Assembly: GCA_964416755.1 (NCBI GenBank)
Contig: CAYQFH010000002.1
Coordinates: forward strand, 1 to 52,035
Direction of reading: 5' to 3'
DNA length: 52,035 nt
From: an uncultured Piscirickettsiaceae bacterium
GTDB lineage: Bacteria > Pseudomonadota > Gammaproteobacteria > GCF-002020875
The translations under genes and the position numbers were made by a program. Positions 44,490 to 52,035 of this stretch are shown one piece after another (position 1 is the stretch's first letter; every line of letters begins with the position of its first letter). The notes beneath the pieces are model-generated. The model did no database searches. It saw only the letters and a program-made list of their open reading frames with translations, and was not told the origin of the DNA.

Positions 44490-47309
44490 CTATTCTACCA
44501 CTGCTTCAGAGTGTTTTTTCTGGTGGCCGACCCGATCAAACAGCTGCCGTATGGAGGAGAAGACCTCCTCCAGCAACTGCGACAACTGCTGGAGCTGCTC
44601 CAGAGTGACCTCATCCCCTGAACGCAACAGATGCTCGATCTCTTTAGCTTCAGCTGCCAGCGCATTAGCAGAGATGGTACCCGCTACCCCTTTTAGTGAA
44701 TGCATTAACTTGATCATTCCATCACTGTCTTCTTCCTCATTCAAGCGGGTATACTGCTCGATAAAATTCCGCTTCTCGGAGATAAAATTCTCCAGCGCAT
44801 GAAGATAGATCTTTCGATTCCCGACAACCCGCCTGACCCCTTCTGCCACAACAAGTCCGGGAAGTGCCTCCGGCCAACTTTCAACCTCTGCATCACTGCT
44901 GTTTTTTTCTACTGATATTGACGCTTTCACCACACTGGAATGTGGCTGGTGTTGTAGCGTCCGGGAGATCCATAAACCCAGCTTTTCATGCAGCTTGTCC
45001 ACTTCAACCGGCTTGGATAGATAGTCGTTCATCCCGGCCTGCAGTGCCTTCTCCCGGTCTCCCTTCATCGCATTAGCCGTCATTGCAATGACCGGAAGTC
45101 GATCAGAAGAGTAACGCTCTCGAATTTTCCGTGTTGCCTCATAACCATCCATTACCGGCATCTGAATATCCATCAAGACTGCACTAAATTGCTGCTCACT
45201 GACCTGTTCCACCGCCTCCAGACCATTATTTGCGATGGAGACACGCATACCTGCATCCAGCAAAATCTCTCTGGCAACCATCTGGTTCACCGTGTTGTCT
45301 TCAACCAGCAGCACCTCCTTCCCTTCGAGCACTGCTGAATCGCTGACCACATCAGCCTCTGAAGCCTCTTCATGAGTATCAACAGCTGTTTTCCGGGACA
45401 GTGATCGTGCAACCATATTCAACAGATGTGCCGGATAGAATGGTTTGGTGATCCAGCCAGCAAGGTCAACTCCGGTTGCCTGACTCTCAACCTCCTCACG
45501 ATGGTATGCAGTAATCATGATAATGACTGGTGGTGCTATGAGATCAAGCTCTTGCTGTATTTTTTCCGTAGTCTCAATACCGTCCAGTTTCGGCATCTGC
45601 CAATCCATCAACACCACCTGATAGGGCACCTGCTGCCATTGTGCCTGCACAAGTGCCTGGATGGCCTCTTCACCAGAGGTGACAACCTCAAGGTGCAGCG
45701 GATACTCGCTCAACGCATGCTCCAGGATCTGACGCGATGCCTCATTATCATCTACCACCAGAATTTTGATCCCATCCAGAGCCTGATGCAGATCAACCAC
45801 CTCCTGATGCATCTCACCAATCCCCAGCTGCACCGTGAAATGGAACGTGGTACCCACTCCATATTCACTCTCCACCCAGATACGCCCGCCCATGCACTCG
45901 ACCAGCTGTTTCGAGATTGCCAGTCCCAAACCGGTTCCACCATATTTTCGAGTGGTTGAGCTATCTGCCTGAGAGAATGACTGAAACAGTCGCGTCAGTT
46001 GCTCATCCGTCATTCCGATTCCGGTATCACTGACCGAGAAGTGGATCTCGGCCACCCCTTGTTGCTCCTGCTTCAGACGAGCCTCTATGACAACTTCTCC
46101 CTGCTCGGTGAACTTGATCGCATTATTGGTCAGATTCACCAACACCTGCTGCAGTCGCAGAGGATCACCAATCAGCTGCTGGGGTACGGCACGATCCACA
46201 TCAAACAACAGTTCAAGCCCCACTTCCGAGGCCTTGAAAACCGTAATATCCGCAAGCTGACTCAACACCTCTCCCAAGGAAAAGTCGATCTGTTCAAACT
46301 CCAGCTGACCCGCCTCAATCTTCGAGAAGTCGAGGATATCATTGATGATCTCCAACAGAGAGTGAGCGGAAGACTCAATCTTGTCCATATAGTCCTGTTG
46401 ATGAGAGGGCAGTTCTCCCTTCTGAATCAGGTGGGTCAAACCGATAATACCGTTCATCGGAGTACGAATCTCATGACTCATATTGGCAAGAAAATCACTC
46501 TTTGCCCGGTTGGCCGCCTCGGCCTCGCTCTTGGCCTCCTCCAGCTGGCTGGTGCGGGCAATGATCTGCTGCTCCAGGTTTTCCCGGTGTTCTGCCAACT
46601 TCCGGTCACGATTCTCAATCTGCTTCAACATCGTGCTGAAACCACTGGAGAGCACATCCAGCTCGGCAATCTCACTCTGCTGCGCACGTACCGTATAGTC
46701 CGCCTGTTCGGAAACACGATTCATCATTGCACTCAGCGCAGTCACCGGTTCCAGCACTGAACGGGTCAATCGGGAGAGGATGATTCTGGCAATGAATAGT
46801 CCCAACAGCATCGTCACGAGCGCAATCAACAACTGCCACAACAGAGTATGGTAGAGCGCAGAGAGATCAATATTGAGTAGTAACGTGCCCTGACGCTCCC
46901 CATCGTGGACCACCTCTGTTCGCAACCAGATATGACTTAAGGTTGCTCCCATCTCCTTGCTCTGGGCATCCAGATAGGGCGAGAGCAGTGAAGCACACTG
47001 GATCACCCGCTGATACTGTGAAAAGAGTGCCCCTTCACGAGTATAGAGGGCCGCACAATAGACATCCGGGGTATGACGCATGCTCATCAATAGCTCTTCT
47101 GCCGCTTTGACATCCCCAAACATCAAACTTGCACTGGCATTATCTGCCAAAATCTGGCTGCGAGCCTTATTGCTTTCGACCAGTGAGGAGAGTTGCATCG
47201 CCAGATTGGTACCAACGAAAATCACCATCACAAAACTCAGCACTGTAATCAGTGTATGACGGTTGATGCGTCTGAGCCGATGCTCCAGTTGAACCCGTTG
47301 TCGACTCAT
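44490..47309 (-). CDS. Hybrid sensor kinase (CHASE8-like periplasmic domain, HAMP, HisKA, HATPase, two REC, HPt)
   Basis: 939 aa. H-box [15 protein letters not shown] and HATPase GTGLGLAIS. The REC domains carry [12 protein letters not shown] and [12 protein letters not shown]. HPt is [12 protein letters not shown]. The N-terminal ~150 aa between two TM segments resemble CHASE8. Confidence 0.9.
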   Translation of the reverse strand: MSRQRVQLEHRLRRINRHTLITVLSFVMVIFVGTNLAMQLSSLVESNKARSQILADNASASLMFGDVKAAEELLMSMRHTPDVYCAALYTREGALFSQYQRVIQCASLLSPYLDAQSKEMGATLSHIWLRTEVVHDGERQGTLLLNIDLSALYHTLLWQLLIALVTMLLGLFIARIILSRLTRSVLEPVTALSAMMNRVSEQADYTVRAQQSEIAELDVLSSGFSTMLKQIENRDRKLAEHRENLEQQIIARTSQLEEAKSEAEAANRAKSDFLANMSHEIRTPMNGIIGLTHLIQKGELPSHQQDYMDKIESSAHSLLEIINDILDFSKIEAGQLEFEQIDFSLGEVLSQLADITVFKASEVGLELLFDVDRAVPQQLIGDPLRLQQVLVNLTNNAIKFTEQGEVVIEARLKQEQQGVAEIHFSVSDTGIGMTDEQLTRLFQSFSQADSSTTRKYGGTGLGLAISKQLVECMGGRIWVESEYGVGTTFHFTVQLGIGEMHQEVVDLHQALDGIKILVVDDNEASRQILEHALSEYPLHLEVVTSGEEAIQALVQAQWQQVPYQVVLMDWQMPKLDGIETTEKIQQELDLIAPPVIIMITAYHREEVESQATGVDLAGWITKPFYPAHLLNMVARSLSRKTAVDTHEEASEADVVSDSAVLEGKEVLLVEDNTVNQMVAREILLDAGMRVSIANNGLEAVEQVSEQQFSAVLMDIQMPVMDGYEATRKIRERYSSDRLPVIAMTANAMKGDREKALQAGMNDYLSKPVEVDKLHEKLGLWISRTLQHQPHSSVVKASISVEKNSSDAEVESWPEALPGLVVAEGVRRVVGNRKIYLHALENFISEKRNFIEQYTRLNEEEDSDGMIKLMHSLKGVAGTISANALAAEAKEIEHLLRSGDEVTLEQLQQLSQLLEEVFSSIRQLFDRVGHQKKHSEAVVE

Positions 47310-47824
47310 CGCACCACCCTCTTTGCCAGACGCAATAACTTGGAGCTGATCTCAAGACCGTGTTGTTTGACTACTGGAAGATTGACCTCAAAACTGACCT
47401 TGCCACGCTGAGTCTCCATATTGATCATGACACCACCATCCAGCGCGCCTTTACTATCTGCTACAGTCAGAACAGGTTGACCAACAATATGTTTCTGAAT
47501 CTGCTGGATGTGGCTACTGGCTGAAGGGGCAACAAAAATCATCTGACACCCTTCAACGCCCTCAATGGTTCTGACTGTACGTGTGGTAATAGGACGCCGG
47601 TTGATTTTCCTGGATGCAATCTGCTTCAGAATGCTTCCAAAAGGGTCTTTACCAAAAACACAAAGTTCAAAATCCTCAAACTCAACAGGCCACTCTGTAA
47701 AAGAGGCGAAATTATAGAGATATGCAGCTTTCAGCTTGTATTCTGGAATATCTCCACCCCAAGCTGACGTAGAGGTCAGACACAGTAGAGCAGCGTAAAG
47801 CACTCTTTTGATGCCTGAAGGCAT
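47306..47824 (-). CDS. YfiR-family (DUF4154) periplasmic protein
   Basis: Signal peptide [23 protein letters not shown], plus [16 protein letters not shown] and [12 protein letters not shown] signature stretches. The stop overlaps the kinase ATG (ATGA). Confidence 0.85.
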   Translation of the reverse strand: MPSGIKRVLYAALLCLTSTSAWGGDIPEYKLKAAYLYNFASFTEWPVEFEDFELCVFGKDPFGSILKQIASRKINRRPITTRTVRTIEGVEGCQMIFVAPSASSHIQQIQKHIVGQPVLTVADSKGALDGGVMINMETQRGKVSFEVNLPVVKQHGLEISSKLLRLAKRVVR

Positions 47825-47904
47825 GCGAAGATACTGTCTCTCTGTCGAACTCCCCATTGGTTGGCCTACCAATTTTTTGATACGGATCGAAAATCTGCTG
47901 TACG

Positions 47905-49851
47905 TTAAAATTGATAGCGCGCTTCAAGGAAAATATTGCGTTCTGGTAATGCCAAGTCACTACGAGCACTACCCCCTGTATACTCCATGGCATCATCATC
48001 AAACAGGTTACGTACTGAGGCTGCCAATTCCCACTTTTTCAGACCACTATAACGAAGGGTACTGTCTACGATGAAATTGTTATCCATCTCGTCTCTTGTA
48101 TCAGGCGTAGAATCTCCATCATAATTTCTCCTACGGTCTGCAATCCAGTTGGCCTGTAGATTCAAGTTCCAATCCGGTTTGTAACGCCAATCCATACGCA
48201 GATAGGCATCCTTATAAGGCTCATACAGCTTTCGTGAGGCATTGTTATCCGGATTGCGAGCAGTAATGTTGCCAGACAATCTCAAATCATCACGCGGCTG
48301 CCATGTACCTTCCAGCTCGATCCCACGTGTCGAGAAATCAACACCATTCCAGTAACCTGTACTCCCCTGGCGAACCATATTCTCTATATCAAAGACAAAA
48401 AGATTACTTCCGAGCGTCAACTCTTCCGAGGCTTTCCAGGTAAATGCCAACTCATAAGTTTGAGTTTTTTCTCCTGAACCGGTAGGTGTATTTGAGTTAT
48501 GAGGGTCATCAATTTCCCGGAAGGTTAATGGACGGAACCCTTCACCATACATCAATTTGGTAACAAGGCTGTCTGTTGTCTGCCAAACCAGAGCCGTGCG
48601 CGCATTGGAGGTGTTACCAAAGTCGTTATAGCGATCCCAACGGTTGCCTATAGTCAACTCCCAATCCTGATTGATTTGCCACACATCCTGAACAAACAGT
48701 GAATGGGTTGTGCGAGAGTGTGCAGTAACAAATGGAGTCGAATCTGCAACACCATCATCCAAATCTATAATATCATCCAGATTCTGATAACTTATTCCGC
48801 CACCAATACGAATAGAGTGGCCTGCAATCCCTTTAAACAATCCACTCATCTCTGTTTTCAGCAGTTGTTCGGTTGCTCCTTCCTGATTCAGGTAAGTTGT
48901 CTCATTAAACCCATCACCAGAATCATATTTCAGCTTCTGGTAACGAATATCTGCATCCAATCCCCAGTTCTCCGAATAATTGCTGTCTTTGAACAGCCAG
49001 GCCAAATTAAGACGTTCTGTATCTCCCTCAGCAGTATTGTCATAAACAGCATTGCCCGTCAGACCAATCTCTACATCTGTTTGGCGCGTGTAATCCGCCT
49101 GCAAACGCCACAGTTCATCCGCAATATAACCTCGGAAATCAACATTATTCCATGCAAGCCCCAGAGATCTGACATCTCCACTGTTATCAAAAGTGGGATC
49201 ATGCCCCTCTGTTGTCGAGAACTGTCCAGTCATGCCTACATCGTAGCCATTCCATTGACTCCCATTCTGCACCCAGGTTTCAGCACTACCAAACTGTCCA
49301 ATCCTGATTCCAGCCTCCGCTTTCTCAATCGTACCCGCCGTCTTGGTGATAATATTGATCACACCTGCGCTGGCGTTGGCCTCGTACAGTGCAGAGCCAG
49401 GACCGCGAACAACCTCAATCCGCTCTATTGCACTGACAGGAAGCCCTTTCCAAAATTGATCTTGAGGCCAAGCTGATGCATGGCTACGCATAGAGACTCC
49501 ATTTACCATCAACAGCGTCTGATTGGTATTGGTTCCTCGAATATGGACAAAGGGGCTGTACCCCATACGATTGAAACGAACATGAATCCCTGGCACCATC
49601 TCCAGCGCCTCAATTGCATTGGTATACCCGGTCTTTTTCAAATCATCTGCAGTGATCAAGGTAACCACAGCTGGTGCTTTACTCAGGGATTTCTTGGTTC
49701 CGGTAGCAATCTCCACCTCCATCCCCATCAGCTCTTCAAGGCTGAGTTCAAACAGATCATCGGTTGTACCTTGTGCCTGTAGAGAGAAAGGGGCCAAAAT
49801 AGAAACCGATAACGCACAACACCGTGCACTCTTGTTAAAAAGGGTATGCAT
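47905..49851 (-). CDS. TonB-dependent outer-membrane receptor
   Basis: The ATG at 49851 has a GAGGAG SD. Signal peptide MHTLFNKSARCCALSVSILAPFSLQA, a plug domain (VTLITADDLKKTGYTNAIEALEMVPG), a beta-barrel, and a terminal RYQF. Confidence 0.9.
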   Translation of the reverse strand: MHTLFNKSARCCALSVSILAPFSLQAQGTTDDLFELSLEELMGMEVEIATGTKKSLSKAPAVVTLITADDLKKTGYTNAIEALEMVPGIHVRFNRMGYSPFVHIRGTNTNQTLLMVNGVSMRSHASAWPQDQFWKGLPVSAIERIEVVRGPGSALYEANASAGVINIITKTAGTIEKAEAGIRIGQFGSAETWVQNGSQWNGYDVGMTGQFSTTEGHDPTFDNSGDVRSLGLAWNNVDFRGYIADELWRLQADYTRQTDVEIGLTGNAVYDNTAEGDTERLNLAWLFKDSNYSENWGLDADIRYQKLKYDSGDGFNETTYLNQEGATEQLLKTEMSGLFKGIAGHSIRIGGGISYQNLDDIIDLDDGVADSTPFVTAHSRTTHSLFVQDVWQINQDWELTIGNRWDRYNDFGNTSNARTALVWQTTDSLVTKLMYGEGFRPLTFREIDDPHNSNTPTGSGEKTQTYELAFTWKASEELTLGSNLFVFDIENMVRQGSTGYWNGVDFSTRGIELEGTWQPRDDLRLSGNITARNPDNNASRKLYEPYKDAYLRMDWRYKPDWNLNLQANWIADRRRNYDGDSTPDTRDEMDNNFIVDSTLRYSGLKKWELAASVRNLFDDDAMEYTGGSARSDLALPERNIFLEARYQF

Positions 49852-49872
49852 AAAATTCTCCTCAATCCAGCC

Positions 49873-49922
49873 ATTTGACAAATATGACCAACAGCGACTG
49901 ATGCTACTGATTTGTCATATTT
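49873..49922. promoter_or_regulatory. Inverted/direct repeat element upstream of the TonB-dependent receptor gene (candidate operator)
   Basis: AAATATGAC (49880-49888) and its exact reverse complement GTCATATTT (49914-49922) are 25 nt apart. ATTTGACAAAT (49873-49883) recurs as ATTTGTCATAT (49910-49920). Confidence 0.3.
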
Positions 49923-49932
49923 ACAGCAAACC

Positions 49933-51855
49933 TTAATTAAGCTGATCCTCAAACACAACAACATCAGCCACATTACGCAGTGCAGAGACGTAGCTCTGGT
50001 AGTGACTTGCCAAATGCTTGTCCTTTAATTGGCGGCTGAGTTGGCTCTTTTTCTCTTCATCCAGCACGTTAAGATCACCATTTTCGATCCTGGAGAGCTC
50101 AACCAGAACGTACCCACCACGATTGAGTTCCACTCCACCATACTGCAAACCACCCTCGGCATGGGGTTTCATCTGGAAAAGCCGGACAACAACCTCCTGA
50201 GGCATAACAAAGTCATCCCGCTTTACGCGTTGCTCCGCATCCCAACTCAACTGACTCTTCTCTGTCACCTGCTCTGGCGTACTATTGCCCTGCTGCAGTT
50301 CGGTCAACAGCACCACCCCCTCTTTTTTCGCTTCCTCAGCAGCACGCCGTAGCAACACAGCATCCACCACCTCTGCCTTGACGGTATCCAGAGGCTTGCG
50401 GCTGGCCGGTTTGTGCTCAGCTACACGAATGATGACCATATGGTCATCCGCCAGTTCGATCGGGTCACTATTCTTACCCTCATTGAGGACGAGTTCAGAA
50501 AATGCTGCCCGCACCACTGCAGGTTTGCTCACAACCCCTGTGACACCACCCTGCCGATTGAAGAGCATACTCTGTTCAATCTTGATCTCTACAGCCGCTG
50601 CCGCACCCGCCAGTGAGTCCGGCTCTTCATAAGCGATATTGGAGATGGTCTCGGAGTGCTCATAGAAGAGCTCTTCCGCCTTGATTCTCTGCAACTCCTC
50701 GCTCAACTCAGTGCGCGCATCTTCAAATGAGCGCATCTCCGCTGCCTGAATCTCATGCAGACGAATCAGGTGGTATCCGAACTGGGTACGAACCGGTTCC
50801 GAAGTTTCACCTGCCGCCATGCTGAATACCACCTCATCAAATGCCGGCACCATGATGCCACGCGGGAAGAAACCGAGATCACCACCGACAGAGGCTGAAC
50901 CGGGATCATCCGAATACGCCTTTGCCAGCGACTCAAAACTCTCTCCTGCCACCAATTTCTCTTGTATCTCCTTCAGTCGCAGGTCTGCTGCTGAAACTGC
51001 TGCATCATCCGCCCCTTCCGGCAGTTCAATCAGAATATGGCTGGCCAGACGCTCCTCATCTGCCACCAGACTCTCCTTGCGCTCCTGGTAGAGTTTCTCT
51101 ACTTCACTCTCCTCCACCACAACCCCTTCTGCCAGCTTGGCGACAGAGAGTTCGATATACTCGATGGAGACCTGTTCCGGAATTTCATACCGTTTTGCAT
51201 TCATCTCATACTGAGCAGAGATCTCCTCATCACTCACCTCACGGTTCTGCAGGCGCTCTATGGTCGCAGGAATGGTGAGGATGCGCGCTGTACGCTGCTG
51301 CTCCTGCAGGCGCATCGCCTCCTGCAGCTCATAATCGGTAACAAAGGCAGCCTGACGGAAGCCAGTCAGCAACTGCGCCTGCATGATGTCACTACGCAGA
51401 CTATTTTCAAAGAAGGGTTTGCTCATCCCTTGCGAGGCAAGCACCTGCTCATAGAGGGCTGGACTGAATACACCATCATGCTGAAAAGCGCCAATCTGCT
51501 GCAGCTGAGAGAAGAGGATTGCATCGTTGATGCGGAAACCATCCTCATGCACTGCCTGGCTGATCAGATCATTCTCCACCATCGCATCCAGCACGGCACG
51601 GCGCATCTGCGGGTTCTCCAGCAGTTCCGGACTGTAGTTGGCTCCCAGCATGGAGCGCATACGCTGACGCTGCTGCTGCAATGAACGCTGGTAATCCCGC
51701 AGACTGATCTCCGATCCATTGACCTCGGCAACCACTCCGCCACCACCTCCTTCAAAATAGGAGTTAATCCCCCATAGTGCAAACGGAATAATCAATAGTC
51801 CGACAATCACCCAGGCGATCCAGCTCTGTGCCTGATCATGAATTCTTTGCAACAT
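49933..51855 (-). CDS. ppiD: Periplasmic chaperone / peptidyl-prolyl isomerase PpiD
   Basis: 640 aa. N-terminal anchor MLQRIHDQAQSWIAWVIVGLLIIPFALWG and a parvulin-like segment (GGDLGFFPRGIMVPAFDEVVF). Typical position next to tRNA genes. Confidence 0.9.
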   Translation of the reverse strand: MLQRIHDQAQSWIAWVIVGLLIIPFALWGINSYFEGGGGGVVAEVNGSEISLRDYQRSLQQQRQRMRSMLGANYSPELLENPQMRRAVLDAMVENDLISQAVHEDGFRINDAILFSQLQQIGAFQHDGVFSPALYEQVLASQGMSKPFFENSLRSDIMQAQLLTGFRQAAFVTDYELQEAMRLQEQQRTARILTIPATIERLQNREVSDEEISAQYEMNAKRYEIPEQVSIEYIELSVAKLAEGVVVEESEVEKLYQERKESLVADEERLASHILIELPEGADDAAVSAADLRLKEIQEKLVAGESFESLAKAYSDDPGSASVGGDLGFFPRGIMVPAFDEVVFSMAAGETSEPVRTQFGYHLIRLHEIQAAEMRSFEDARTELSEELQRIKAEELFYEHSETISNIAYEEPDSLAGAAAAVEIKIEQSMLFNRQGGVTGVVSKPAVVRAAFSELVLNEGKNSDPIELADDHMVIIRVAEHKPASRKPLDTVKAEVVDAVLLRRAAEEAKKEGVVLLTELQQGNSTPEQVTEKSQLSWDAEQRVKRDDFVMPQEVVVRLFQMKPHAEGGLQYGGVELNRGGYVLVELSRIENGDLNVLDEEKKSQLSRQLKDKHLASHYQSYVSALRNVADVVVFEDQLN

Positions 51856-51950
51856 GGTTCTCTATCCTCAGCTAAAAATGGTTCTGCACCCGTAAAAACA
51901 GAGGCGAATTGTGCCTGAATTTGGCGCTCAAGAGGAGGGGTTCAGGCAAT

Positions 51951-51982
51951 AAAAAAGCGCATCTGAAACCAGATGCGCTTTT
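51951..51982 (-). terminator. Rho-independent terminator downstream of tRNA-Asp
   Basis: The minus strand reads GCGCATCTG-(gttt)-CAGATGCGC followed by TTTTTT. Confidence 0.8.
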
Positions 51983-51988
51983 GGTAGA

Positions 51989-52035
51989 TGGCGGAGCGGA
52001 CGGGACTCGAACCCGCGACCCCCGGCGTGACAGGC
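51989..52035 (-). tRNA. tRNA-Asp (GUC), 3' portion; the 5' part lies beyond the window
   Basis: The reverse complement reads GCCTGTCACGCCGGGGGTCGCGGGTTCGAGTCCCGTCCGCTCCGCCA. That covers the anticodon loop with GTC, the T-arm GGTTCGAGTCC, and the acceptor end with CCA. It is near-identical to E. coli tRNA-Asp as remembered. Confidence 0.9.

Noticed and set aside
44483-44492. Convergent hypF and kinase stop codons only 4 nt apart (likewise an 11-nt convergent overlap at 30731-30741).
   Set aside because: This is real, but it is a common consequence of compact genomes. No hairpin or other element is present, so it is noted only as context in the hypXF finding.
1-52035. Scan for CRISPR arrays, IS elements or transposases, integrases, prophage genes, restriction-modification or toxin-antitoxin pairs, and rRNA genes.
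   Set aside because: None recognised. There are no regularly spaced direct repeats and no DDE/tyrosine-recombinase-like ORFs. The only RNA gene is the partial tRNA-Asp at the right edge.

Overview
This is a 52,035-bp chromosomal window with gammaproteobacterial-type gene content and about 50 genes, mostly on the minus strand. Housekeeping anchors are fur, relA, ygiQ, tonB-exbD-exbD-exbB, ubiA, tadA, guaA, guaB, a nifJ-type pyruvate:ferredoxin oxidoreductase, hypX-hypF, ppiD and a partial tRNA-Asp at the right edge. Signal transduction is heavily represented: a truncated PAS kinase at the left edge, a 1419-aa multidomain hybrid kinase, a CbrA/CbrB-like SSS-kinase plus sigma-54 activator pair, and a TonB-dependent receptor / YfiR-like / CHASE8-type hybrid kinase module. 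I saw no transposase, integrase, phage, CRISPR, restriction or toxin-antitoxin genes. The most unusual content is the left 11 kb, a single co-directional minus-strand array. In order it holds fur, a near-consensus Fur box inside a sigma-70-like promoter, a 64-aa membrane protein, and an ABC permease/ATPase pair in which every ATPase motif is degenerate. Next come a stand-alone CZB zinc-binding-domain protein and a protein with a CheZ-like motif. These are followed by mamC-, mamO- and mamP-like genes: a MamC-like two-helix protein, an inactive trypsin-like/TauE fusion, and a PDZ protein with two magnetochrome CXXCH motifs. The array ends with a receiver, a PhnD-like binding protein and a PAS kinase. 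No other core magnetosome gene (mamA/B/M/K/I/L/Q/E) is recognisable in the window, so this looks like an orphan or repurposed, possibly iron-regulated, mam mini-cluster. All functional calls come from reading the translated ORFs by eye against remembered family motifs; no database search was possible. The ORF track uses GTG/TTG as well as ATG starts, so several starts were re-picked by hand.
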